From Fimbriosthenelais zetlandica (lineage: Eukaryota): 64,000 bases of DNA. The translations under genes and the position numbers were made by a program. The notes under the pieces were generated by a model. That model was not told the origin of the DNA. It saw nothing but the letters and a program-made list of their open reading frames with translations, and did not search any database. The DNA is taken from assembly GCA_977030845.1 (NCBI GenBank), contig OZ365111.1, positions 40,052,001 to 40,116,000 on the forward strand. The letters are read 5' to 3'. Position 1 is the stretch's first letter. The number at the start of each line of letters is the position of its first letter. This document shows, piece after piece, positions 29,510 through 42,200 of this stretch.

Positions 29510-29930
29510 TGGAATTACATACAATACAGGCTCGCTCGGATGAAGCAAACCGATTACCCCAAAAACATTTTACCAGCCGAGGTTGTTTTCCGTGGCTTAA
29601 AACCCTCTGCGTGCTACTTCACCCAAAGATTCACCCCCGCTTCACAACCAGCTGATTCCACCTCGGAATGGATGTCCATGGGAAAACTGCCACTGTTCTG
29701 GGACGGACTGGCTGGTGAGGAGGAGGGATTGGGGCCGTCAATATTCGCTCCCCCATGCAGTCACAAGATCCATATGGGTAGTCAGGAATGTGGGGAGACA
29801 CTAATTAGGGTCTCAGTATTGATATCTCCAACCGGAGGAGGATCACTATCACAAAAGATAACAGGCAGAGAGTCGATGATCAGGACCTACATTATTATAC
29901 TCGCCATGACAAAGCCATATGGACTGATGG
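29510..29930 (+). mobile_element. Decayed LINE endonuclease remnant underlying the 211-aa ORF
   Basis: Across frames: TYNTGSLG*SK (N.RSL.NK), GRTGW*GGGIGAVNIR (DR...GGGVA.Y.R), GMWGD...ISNRRRITI (LW..I.....I.I). Confidence 0.3.
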
Positions 29931-31569
29931 TCCTCTGCAAACTGAGACCGTCTGAAAAGCAGCACCCTCGTAGAGAGAGTACGTGCAGTATATATGCATG
30001 CAGGTCTAATGCTTTTCCATCTAAGTTGCGAATCGTTGCGAATAAGTGTCTACCAGAGGCAATACATCTTTGTGAATCTTCCCCTCCAAATTGCCCCCCG
30101 TGGAGAAATTAAGTATTTATTGACAGTTTATGGACGCAGTGTATGCCTCGTGGATCTAAGTTGTCCGGTCCTTAAATGATTACCCGGCAATGAAATAAAA
30201 TCTCAGCATATCACAGTATGAATGATTTATGCTTGATAGTGCTGTTACCTAGAAAGGCTTTTTCCCATTCACCTCTCCATATAGACCAGCCTGATTCAAT
30301 TTTGTCAAAACACCTTCCCCGGTGACAAAAAAGAGGCTTTTCTGTCCCAGAGGCTGCAATATAATTTGAGAAAGGGCCAGGCCCTAGCCGTGAAATGGCG
30401 CTGGCCGCACCGCGGTGTCTCATCAAATATTCTACGGTGCGTCGCGGGGAGTTGGCTTCTTGGAAGGAAGGTCGTGAGACGTGAGCCTTAGGATCATTAA
30501 TCCAGTATTTATACGTTATGTCCTGGACATCTTGTCTAGGGGGCTGGTACTATCAGCGCTCCCTATCCGCCATGATGAAACCAGGTGGCCATGAAAGCAG
30601 GAGCGTGTGATTCATGAGGGGAGCATGCTCAGGGCATCCATCACAGGCAACGCAGATAGGATCAACTGAGGAAGACCACATATTGGATTTACAAGCCAAT
30701 TCTTACAAGACAACTCATCTCCAATCACTCAATTTGTTTTCTATAATAATGCATGTCATGTGCGCATTATAGCACTGTAAAGTGTGCAATAAAACCATTT
30801 TTGGTCGCAAACATCTAAATGTTATATTAACGCAATTGGCTCAGCAAGTAATACGATTTCGTGAGCAATATAGGAATTGATAGCATCAGTTATATATATG
30901 TCCTTGAAGTAAGGTGATATTTTCAATCTGAGATATTAAAAAAAATATATATAGTGGAAGGCGGGGTTCTTTACCAAATCCACTTAACTGAACATTATCT
31001 TCCGAGTCTCTAAGCCCTTTCCTTGTATTTCATATATCTACAGTAGTTTGCCCTCATTGTCATTGTGGCATTGCTCTAAATGATCGGATATATAATGCCA
31101 ATATAATTTCAGCAAATCACTATCATGTGTGCTCAAGCATTAGCAGTCAAAGGGCAACAGAAAAGTAATAAGAATCAGTCTACATGCATGTATATGTGAG
31201 GGGCTTAGAGAACGGAAGGGCATAATACAATCCACAATACTCGCCGGAAGCTGCGCCACAGACAAGCAATTCACTTGGGGATAGCCAGATCATACCTGGA
31301 AATCTACACACGGTGAGTGGAGAGGGGAGAGGGGAAGGTTACAATCTCACATAAGCAGGCATCCTATGGAGACAAGATCAGCCTTATCATACAAATGAGA
31401 TATAGAACCTTTTTCTTACAGACTATAGGGATTTTCCAGCCATGTGATGCATGCCACAATGGTCCCCAGCGAGGTTTCATTTACCATAATATAAGTCTTC
31501 CAAGTAGACTATAAAAGATTTGGGAAGCTCTGATCGGGCTGAAACATGTCACCTAGATACTTAATGCAT

Positions 31570-31850
31570 GTCGATCAAATGTCCATTATTACAAGGTAAG
31601 CTCTTAGGCTTTATATAGTAAATCTATATGGCTCTGTTCGTATTCTCTCATGAGATAATGGGCGGAAAAGCGGGTTCCATCTGAGCAGTTCAGAGGAGCT
31701 CGAGGTCGTAAGTAGACACAGCAGAAACTCTGTGCAGCCGCCTGGTGGTTTGTATTGCACTAACAGATTCTGCAGGAGAAGCCATCATAGCTGGATGGAT
31801 AATGATTCAGTATCCCAATAGGAAATAATGGCTAATTACAAACAGAACTA
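31570..31850 (-). mobile_element. Decayed LINE endonuclease remnant
   Basis: TESLSIQL...LLVQYKPPGGCTEF...LVIM(G)D, resembling E.LWI.L...L...YRPP...VIMGDFN. Confidence 0.4.
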
Positions 31851-34324
31851 CATTACATCTCACTCAATATTAAAGCCAGAGTCTGCGCATCTTACAGCAA
31901 AACTTCATATTCACCTGTGTAAAAAAAAATGATTGGACTATAACGAAAGTTATTTGATTGATTCAGTTGGAAAAGTCTCGTAACAAGATATTTCAATCAC
32001 ATGGAAGGGGGGGAAACCATTGTAATCAAAGTGTGTCTGTTCCCCGAACACTTTTCAAGTATAATTTCCTTGTAAAAGGAAGATCTTGACTTGGGCAAAG
32101 GAGGGACTTCGCCAAGAATAACCAAGTCAAGTAAATATGAGCCCATCTGAAGAGAACGAGCTGAGCATACAGTAGACCTACACCACCATAAATACATTAA
32201 ATTTTGGTCCCGCAGTGAAGGCCTTTCGTTGCAGTGCCAAAAATCAGAGACACTCCCTTCCAGGTGTATCCCAACTGCTTGGCATAAAAATTAAGAATTT
32301 CCGAATGCCTAATCGGCCACCAGCACTGCTCGTTTTAGATCTTATTTTATCTGAGTCCATTCAGTGCAAAATTCCGACATGAGGGTAGGTCAACATGTGA
32401 TGACCTTGCTGGATATTTTTAGGGTCAACCTAACTTTATATTTCAAGTATGTTGTGTGAAGAAGAAGGCAGAATCAGGGAAAAATAGTGGTTCTTGTTTT
32501 GAATATTTTTAAGGCTGTATATGTTACATTAAACATAGAGAGACAACATTAGGTGGTCCAAGACCTAATAATAGTGGCTGCAGAGAAGCATGCTCTTCAT
32601 CCTACAGACGTCTCCACATCAGCCCTGCTCTGATGGAGAACAGCAGGGATGCTGATGCACCCTGTGCTCCCATCTGGTGTTAAGCAGAAATAATGTCTGG
32701 TGTTGTAAGTGCTGCTCAGTTTGTGAACTCAGTCCAATTGCTCAACTGATAGCCCATCCTTACTGAGGTGATCTGGTAGCCTCACCAAAGGACCTGGATC
32801 ACTTCCACTCATGTCAATGCCATCGAAGGCAATCTAGCCGCCTATACCCAGGTGTTCATTGGGGGTAGCTGCACAGGATTTTATCCTTTTCGAGTACCGA
32901 GATATTCTACTTGCAGCATTTGGAGGGAATTCCTATGCACATAATAGTAGCAATAACCGCCATGCAGACATTCCCACACGAAAATGGGGACTTGTGATGT
33001 GAAACTAAATAAAATGGAAAAAATGGCAGTGAACAAATATCCCAGCAACCGCAAGTGCATCAGCCATATATAGATAAGAGATCCATTTTAGCCGCAATAA
33101 AACATTTTACATTCATTGATTAGGGCTATATAAGGTTCCTTCCCCATATCTTTTCCTGCAGAATTCACAAAGCCATATTCTAGATCAGATCCAGCATTTG
33201 GGTATAAAATGCCATTATTGTGGACCTTACTCCCGCTTGTAGCACCCCTAACACATCGCCTCTCATCCCCTCAGGTCCGGAATGTCGGCATGCACAGTAG
33301 GTCTCCAGATCGTGCCCCCTAAGGGCAGCCACTGATCCCCTATATCCGCCCCAGCTGACCTTTAGGTTAAGCCCCCAGTGACCTCGACCTGACCCACGTG
33401 ACCAGGGCTTAATCACGTGATGCATGGTCGTGTTAGCAGCTTCGCAGCAGGTGAAGAGTAGAAGTTCGAGGAAGGGAGAAACTTTGACTGAGCGAGACAA
33501 CTGACAATTTGCAATGAAATTTTATAGAATAGAACTGTACAGGAATCGGAAACTTTTGGGGATATGACAATATTTTCTAAATGTCATCAACTTGATCAAG
33601 ATACATGACAAAGGCAGAAATATCAGAGCAACCAGAATGTGAATGATTAGAGGTCATCCCTAATCCTCTTTAGTTGGCATGTTGAAACAGGTCTTGCTAA
33701 GTGTTCACGATTAACTAAAGTCATTTCCCGTAATTAGACCAATCGGTCAATGTTTGTTCTTGTTTTAATTGTCAGCCACTGACCTAATTCAAATGAATGT
33801 CTCTGCTTCGAAACAAAAACATTTTCTCAACCAATTGCAAATTAAATGCCGGGAAAGGTCTTCCCCAATTTCTTGTCCAGTTGAATCAATTGGAAAGCCC
33901 TCTGATGTGTTTTGTTCTTCAAGGGCTTCAAGGGTTCGTATATAGCAGATCTGCTGATGGCAGCCACCCACAATTCCAGATACAGAAAACATCAGTATGC
34001 ACTGGTCTGGTGTAGTCGGTTTAGGTATTGGTACCAGTCCACCCCTGATTCCTGACTAACACACGTAAAGGGAGTTTTTCCGGAAATGGCCATGCATGTT
34101 AACTACACGGGAGAAAAGACAGCCCAAGGGCCATGACTACAGAAACGCCAAAACACCAAAAACATTCAAGTTTCTAGTCATTCACGCGGCAAAGACTGAG
34201 AGGCAATATGACAACCACCCATAAAAGATAACATTGCATTATAGAGTTTTACTCCATTTCAAAATTAGTACTGACTGAAAAAATGGGCATGTGATTCAGA
34301 AGGGAGACTGCTGCATGCATCAGT

Positions 34325-34346
34325 AAAAAAAAAAAAAAAAAAAAAA
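34325..34346 (+). repeat. Poly-A run (about 22 nt), possibly a retroposon tail
   Basis: Homopolymer seen directly; no target-site duplication identified. Confidence 0.8.
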
Positions 34347-35970
34347 GGAGGATAACGTATTGACATGCGCCACCGCAAATCAAGAAGAAAATGCGAGGAT
34401 GGTTTTTATGGATGCAAAAAGCTTAAATTAATCTTTTTCTCTAGGTCGGTGAATATTTCGCAATCCAGGGATGTTTCCACGCTGCTTCACACTACAGCCA
34501 TGTTGAAATGGATGTCAGTGGGGGAAAAACAGTCCGTAAAACACAAAGAGGACATTTTCTTTCACTTTAATTAGTCGCTAATCAATCATTTCTTTGACCA
34601 ATCGGATGAAGAGGCAAGTAAACCTTGGAGCTTTTAGGAATTAGTCTGAGAGATTCACAAAAATGACTGAGCCTTCAATGATGGCAGATGGGGTTAAAGC
34701 CTCGCCAACGTAACTGTATGAAATTGTGATGTAGTTAAAGCAGTAAGAATTCTATTTCCACAAGATCAACATTCGATATTACAAATCATCATCCCCGGGA
34801 GGATTACGTCTTAAAATACTTGTGTAATTATTTGTTTTATTACTAGATGGTATAACAAGTTGCTATCTTTCCAACTGCTTGCTTGATTTAGGAATAGCCA
34901 TTATTCCAGAAAGCAATAAATATCGAGTCGATTATTAACTTAATTCAACTATATTATGCCTGAGGGATCTGCCAATTTCATATACGTAGTATGTTTTCAT
35001 TGGCCTCGGCCAACGCCTAACATACAAAGTCTGGCTATTTAAAACAAAAATTCAAAATTGAGAAGCAACTACTCCAAGGCTTAATTAAGTAGCGTAAGCA
35101 TAGATCCAGAGCACATGGTCTGTTCTCACAATGCTTCTCGTATATAGGAAAATTAGTAACTTATGTAAAGGCTGCATACCGCTTGAAAGCATTGTTGCCT
35201 TGACTCCCCAGAAGAGCGTAAAAGCCTGCATGGCAAATCCCTGGTTTAGCTGAGAGAGTGTGGTGTGTCTTTTGGTTGACCATCGTTCTATGTCAGTGTA
35301 AGTACCCAGTGGAGCGAGGGCCACTGTCCCCCGGTAGGGTAATTAACATCCATTGTAAAGCAGCACGTCGGAAGAGACACATTGCTGGCTAGGCATGCCA
35401 GCAACTTAGAGCAGAGGAACTGCTCAAGCAGAATTAATGATTGGAAACCCTGGTATTTATTGCAGGAGGTGATGGAGGCTAAAACGGCCAGAGTCAAGGG
35501 TTTTCCTCGCTGGACCAAGGAGGTGGTACTCTTGGATGGATTTATCGGGAGGTTAATTGGGAGGGTGGTAAGGTACTTGCTAGGTTGAAGTGGTATAGTT
35601 CATAATATGGTGTCCAGCCCGCGTGACTGTAAATACTGACCTGTCCTTAAGTAGATGCCGGGAGAATTCATGAGATCCCCTGTTCCCAAACGTGCAACCC
35701 GGCTAAAATAATTCATCAGGGTACATCGTTAGCGCACAGGCCGTCTGAGAGGATGATTGAGAAGGAGCCGTTTGTTCCTAATGTACAACCTAACCATGAG
35801 TCAATGAACTCCCAAGCTGATTGTATTTAAACTTTTTTTGGTGATAATTATACCCTTAGAAAGGTGAAAATGTGGGACGTCTTCTTCGGTCAATATGGGC
35901 AATTTTAATCCTATTCTGCGTTGCGGAAGTAGGCCTATGTCAAGGACAAAGTCTCGATACATGAAGATAA

Positions 35971-36209
35971 AGCCCGACATCCACCATCCCGATTTTCATC
36001 CCGATTTTGCGATCTTAAGTGATCACAGGCGATCGGGACCCCAAAAAGGATCCCTTCAGATGATCAGGCTGGTGGATGCCAACATCTTGGGATCGGCGCC
36101 GATTTTTTAATAGCAAATCAATAGAAAAATAATCCGTAAGGATTCTAATTTGATCTTTGCCGATCACAAAAATCGGTGCCCTCAAGGATCGTACAGTGGA
36201 TGTCGGGCT
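35971..36209. mobile_element. Non-autonomous PIF/Harbinger-type MITE, copy 2 (239 bp)
   Basis: Same terminal inverted repeats and TAA duplication (35968-35970 and 36210-36212). Colinear with copy 1, with scattered substitutions. Confidence 0.85.
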
Positions 36210-39200
36210 TAAGTATACATCAAAAAAGCTATACGTTTTTTTCTGCATGGTAAGCCTATGTGGTGATAATTATGTAATATGTTGTCACAAAAGCCACGGG
36301 CAAATATTCTGCGTGTGAAGTCTCATACATTACTACAAATCCTGGTCTGGAATAAAGCCATGATCAATCAGGATGTGGTATTGTTTAAAGGCGGTGCATT
36401 GGGGTTTATACTTGTCAGGCTTGGGATGATGGCAAGGAGGGCCTGTGAGTTGAGAGGTTGGCCATCACTCCCCTCCTGATAAAACCCAGCAAAGACAATT
36501 TATGTATGGATCAGGCACTACTAGGTGTTGGCCAGAAGAGATGGGTTTAGAGACACATGCCTTCCAAAGGAGCAGCTCCCACTATCTTGGTTCATCTGCT
36601 CTACCACAAGGGGGCTCAATGGTCCTCCCACATAGACCTCACCTCTGGTGACCACAGGATTACTGACATAAGCCCCCAATCCTTCACCCCTATTGTCTTG
36701 TAACAGAAGGCTGATTGAAAAGTGCCAGAAGCGGTGCCAGCAGATTAACTCGATTGCCTTGTGGGGACCATCACAGACAGTGAATCTAAATAGCCACAAT
36801 AGACACCATTCCCTTCATCCCTTTGCCTACCATTTGGCCCAGGGGAAACCCAACCTGCTGATTGGGAAGCTTGTAGCCTGCCAAGACGGCCCTTTGGCGT
36901 TCAGCCCTCAACCCCAACTCATCAGAGCTTCCTGTCCATATAGCGAATCCTCAAAACAGTTTGAAAGCAGTTGCTCCAAAAGGTAAGTATACATCACGGT
37001 CAATGAGGAGTGGAGTGGGCGGACAGAAACACACCCCAACATCTCACCAAGAGGTGGTGGACTAAATGGAGAGCCAGGGGAGCAGAGGTATAGAAGACAT
37101 CGCCAAAGGACATCCCTCATATGGTTCATCTGACCTCCAATGACATTGACGCCTCCACTTGTCCCTGGGCCTTCATCTTTCAACTGATCCGGTGACCCAC
37201 ACTTCTGACCGATACCCACGGCAGATATTGGCTCGCGATTCATTCTTGCCATCCTATTGGATTCCTTCTATGCCTCCCCAGAATTCAGCATCGTGTGCGG
37301 TGCATGCCAAAAGTGGGAGTAGGGAAAACCAGGCCCGGTCGTGGTATGGGGCCATGCCCCCCTTCTCATAGGCCTCATTTCACAGAAAATTGGCCTGGTT
37401 GGTGGTGTCCAGCCTTTCCTGTTGGTCTGTTTATCCAACTACCAATGGTCTGTGACAGCCCTTCACCAGGATGAATGCAGAATGACACAGTTCTGTTACT
37501 GGCGGCTCTATAGGACATCATTATACAAGGGTGACACCAGGGTCTCAATGTCATGGCCAGAACTTGAACCCATCAGGATTAATATGTCAGAGAATCTCAC
37601 ATTGCAAGTATGACGCATCAGAATTGTAAGAATGTAACACGCATTCACATCATTGTCGATACTTGCCTGCACCTTTGGGTTTTGGGGAAGTTTTGTCAAT
37701 ACCGGTACCAGTCAGAAAAGAACTAATTTTCAACACTGACAAAAGAACATTGGAATAAAAGGAATGGATGTGACAGTGCGTGTTGATGCTTAATATGGAT
37801 TTCATGTTATGCTGGATTAAAATCGGTTCTCGAACAGAAATCTTACTTTTTATATTCTTGTAAGTTGTTTGCAAAGTTTTCTCTTCCTTTGTTACAATTC
37901 TCCTCTTTGTTTTGGAAATGCTGAAGATCAAAGTCTATATAATAACAAAATTTCATTTCCATCGTCTCTCCCAAGCCATGGGAAACTATGGATGAGATTA
38001 TCTCGTTTATTGCCTCTAAAAACATGATATAAAACCTGTGTCAACGTGTAACAGTAGCAAATAAACGCTACATCAAGGAGGCCATGATGAAATAAATCCC
38101 ACCTAAACCCAGCCTGTGGGTGTCAGCTGTGCAAAAACTTTAATGAAAAGAGAAGAGAGCAAAAACTCTTTCCAGCTGGAAGTTTGTCATTGGAAGGAGG
38201 GTTGAAATGAAAGTTTTACGAGACATCATAAGCTGGTGGAAGAAATGCTCTTTTTGGGGCAAGTAAAACATGCCACAGAGGTCGGGTGCAAAGACCCAAG
38301 AGAAGTTGCCTGGCACGTTTCCAGTCCCACCACCGTCATCCTTACAAGCAATATTCAGGCTATAAATCCTATGAAAAGACCCTGGCCAGAACAGGAGCGC
38401 AATTATAGTGGGGCTGAACTGGGTCTGTTTCTTTGAAAATGGGTCTCAAAATTCCCATAGACTCAGACCCCAGGTCAGCAAAGCTCCTTTGCAACCTGGT
38501 CAAAATAACTGGGCCTACTGTAAATGTGGAAATTAAAGAAATATTACTCTGCTAGATATGAACGAGACACGGAACTTAATTTAGAAACAAGCAAAATAAC
38601 ACTTATTCGTCCATGGATATAATAATGGTAGATGATTTTGAATAGAATAAAGCACACTGAATTTGAAAGGGGAACAATTTCTTAAACTGCTGGGGTTGGA
38701 AATTGAAATGAAGTTGATTAAAGGATTCTATATACCTTACTCAGCATATGTATGACTTAATAATCCACACATAATTAGTGTATATTTGAGATTTTAATTA
38801 GGAACCATTACTATAGAATGTATGATGTTATTGTTAATGAACCATTCCAGCTAAATGTGATATCTTGTTTGTGTGAACAGGTAGTGAAGATGGAGATTTT
38901 GTATTGACATCCAGCTACTAATGAGCTCTGCATGGTGTGAAGAGATAAACAGATTCACACATTAGAACAGATAATAGAGAATCTTTGAAATGAAACAACT
39001 TTGTCTAGTCCTTATTGTGTGGGTGTATGATATATTATATATAATAAAATATTATATATATATAAATTTCCAAATGTAATCTTTACCTTTTGTACCTACG
39101 AGCTTGTGTAAACGATACCATGCCTTTCGTATCAATGCAAAAAAAAGTGTCTATTGACCACAAGTAGATGGCAAGATGTAAGCTACATTTCCTAGGATCC

Positions 39201-42200
39201 AATAAAGAAAGTATGGCCTTCTAAGTATCAACATAATATTTCTTGTACTCTGGTATAGTATAGAGGCGAAAAAACTGGACTCAGATTTTCTAGCAGTCCA
39301 ATTAGATGCCCGTGCCAATTCCTTTGGTCATGTATACATGACTATTTATAAAGTTTGATGTATTGGCTTTTCCTATTTTTTCCAATATGAAGGTTTATAG
39401 CACCTAGTTGGTCCAATATGACATCTATTCATACATTTCCCTGGCTATAATCGCATTTTCCTCGAGTATGAAAACTCAAGGCCTGCTATAGCCAGCGCCT
39501 TGGCATGGCCAAGAAATTTCCATTTCCTTTTTATACCGAATATATTATACATGACGCCACAGCGGCCATCCATCATCCCTCATGATCTTCACAATCACAA
39601 TGATGTTGACATTCATGAAAAGCAAAGCCATATAAAAACTATACGACCATAACCCGCTGTCCTTCAGCCTCGCCCATAATGCTATAATCTGTGCTCCGTC
39701 TATGGCTTTAGGCTGAAGCAGTGAGTGCTGATGCTTTATATAGAGTCGGACACATCAATTACCCTTAACGCCACGAGGTGGCCTCACTGCGTCCGATCGA
39801 ATTGATGATGCTCCCTTACATTGATGGATGACCTCCTCTTCACCAAACTGATGACGTAGAGCGCAGTCACACTTATCACTATGACAAACCATGAGTGCTT
39901 CAGGTACCTACCTGTCACCAGTAATATAAAACCAATTCTAGGTTCATTTCCTCCCTGATTCATCAAGTAAATGGGAGGAATTGAATCTGCTAATCACATA
40001 CCTGGTTTTCACCGGTATATATGTATATATATGCTAAAAATGCGCATTTAATTATTGCATGCTGATGGCTAATGGTGTTTGCTGTTGGTTTCTAGGAAGG
40101 AGTGGCGTTGGATGCTCCTCCAAGATGGCTAATTGATGAGCTCATGTGTACCCGCACTACTTACATGCCAGATAATTGCCGGAGATAAGGTTTCCTGATC
40201 ACCTGAGATGGTACTGCTTAGAGTGGACTGCAGCCTCTGCCTTCTATCTATACACCAAGGCCTTTTATGCAAGAAGGCCCTAAGTTTTATCAGCCATTGA
40301 GGACAAGTTTGTATAATCTTTCCTCCCATCTTCTAATTAATGTTACCAAGTAATTGTAAATCAAAAGTTTCAGCAGGCTCAGAAACCTGCTTACCCATTC
40401 TTGATCACATTAATTCCTCTTTTCAATAATCAAATGGGGTTCTCAATAAAGTGGCATTAATAAATTATTCAAGAGAATTGTGGATTACACTTTATAAATC
40501 CCTAAAATTGCTATTGTCAATATTAGGGGGGCTAATTACTTGTAGTGCTCACTGTGGCAGGTGATGATAGTGGGTCATTGAAACAACAACCATGCTGAAG
40601 ACCAATATTACAATTGAGTATTGCAACAATAGATGTTAAAACGTGGTGCCCAGATGAAATGGCTTGCCATCGAGGTAAGGCTGCAATGCTAATTGTGCAA
40701 GGAATCGGATTCACTAGATAGGAATTTCATAGGATAAGAAACATTAAGCTGGGCATGCGAATATTCAATGGGGCTTCTAATGCTATAAACAGGATGGCGT
40801 TGCCTAATGAACAAGGTTTGGGCCAAGGAAGAGGTCTAAATGGTAGGTTAAATTAAGCCCCCAGTTTAGAGGCAAGGAACAATGGCACTGATTGTGCTGT
40901 TAGATAATACAATTCTCCAAATGTGCAAATTGTGTTAGAGAAATGTACCATGGAAAATAATCGACTACCCCAATTGGAAATTGGATTTTGGTAGAATATA
41001 GGCAAAGAAGATCTCTGGATTGGAATAGCAAATTGTGAGAGTGTGGTGAATATGGTGAAATAAAAATATAGATTTGGGACTACATGGCATTGCATGTGTG
41101 ATGCAAGTTAATTAGTGTTGTTTAATGGGTCTTCATAGCTCAAGGCCTACTGCTATTTGGTTACTCGTAGAAGGGTATCACGATTACATTTCGATGACGA
41201 ATTTGAAGGAGGAAAGGCTGGTCTTATTTGCATACCACACGGATGCCATCAGTTAGCCATTGTTAGAGCCATGAAGAGAAATAAGCCCCAGAACTCGTGT
41301 GAAATTGGTGCTCGTCACACAGCTCACTTGATGGACTGATTCTGGAAATTTCTTATTTGCAGAACCAACAGTGACACATGAGAAGAGAACGTGCCTGAAG
41401 GGAAGAAACTCCACTACTCCAAGTTATTTCGATTTCATGGGCTAATTCATTCAGGCGCCTTCCCCGAGAGATTGAAAGTCCAATAAAGTTGGAACTATGG
41501 AATGCGAGAGAAATGCTACTGAGAAACATGAGGCATTTGGTTGCTAGCGCAGGTTTGTGAACGCTCATTGTCCTCGCACTAATGAGTGCGTTGCTTCTGA
41601 TGAAAGTCTCATTGAGGACAGTCCCTCGAGGGACTACCTGATCAGGTCTCCTGAGGTCCCAACAGCTGCCCTGGGCAGCAGGTCCCCATTCTCTATACCA
41701 TCCATCCCCGCTGGCGCCATACCAAGGGCGTCCTGTCCCATAGACATGGCAGGGGACAATTACATGTAGCCTTAACTGATGAATATCTCTAGCAACTAGA
41801 CATGACATTCCATCAGTGGCTTCAGACCATGCTGGAAGTGGAGGTGTTTGGAGGGCAGTGTGCGTGGACCAAGTTTGCTCCGTTTATTTATTCTTGTAGA
41901 AGCGATAGTGCCCCGGCCATGGTTCGATCAGTGGTGTCTTGCTTTGGCCAGAGCTTTCATTTCCTCCAGTGTCTGGCCTTCATGAAAGATTCACAAGATC
42001 TCAGCCTGCTGAAGTCACAGGGAGGAGGAGGGTGATATCTAGAGGGAAACATAACATGTCCACCGAGTCTCCTTTTAGGTCCCCACATGTATAGACACTG
42101 CATGACTTTGGTGAACACAAGAAAGTAGCTCACCAGCCCCGATTGAGGTTGTTCTGTGCCAGTCTTCTGTTATAGCAACTTCCATCCCAAACTGACCTTT

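Noticed and set aside
29477-30112. 211-aa ORF, the longest non-neurexin ORF
   Set aside because: No recognisable domain in this frame. The other frames carry broken LINE endonuclease motifs, so it is probably a chance open frame over TE debris.
32617-32657. Hairpin CATCAGC-CCTGCT...AGCAGG-GAT-GCTGATG
   Set aside because: Too short for a pre-miRNA and matches no RNA family I recognise.
35971-36209. CpG-decay signature between the two MITE copies
   Set aside because: Only about three differences fit CpG deamination and many CpGs persist, which is too weak to infer methylation.
39784-39966. Hydrophobic ORF resembling a transmembrane segment plus basic tail
   Set aside because: Lacks the neurexin juxtamembrane motif (Y.YRNRDEGSY) and a PDZ-binding end, and it could not follow EGF2 directly.
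40165-40194. 30-nt candidate microexon with GTAAGT donor
   Set aside because: No usable pyrimidine tract before the AG.
41353-41808. 151-aa minus-strand ORF
   Set aside because: No similarity to neurexin or any family I recognise, and no convincing splice sites.
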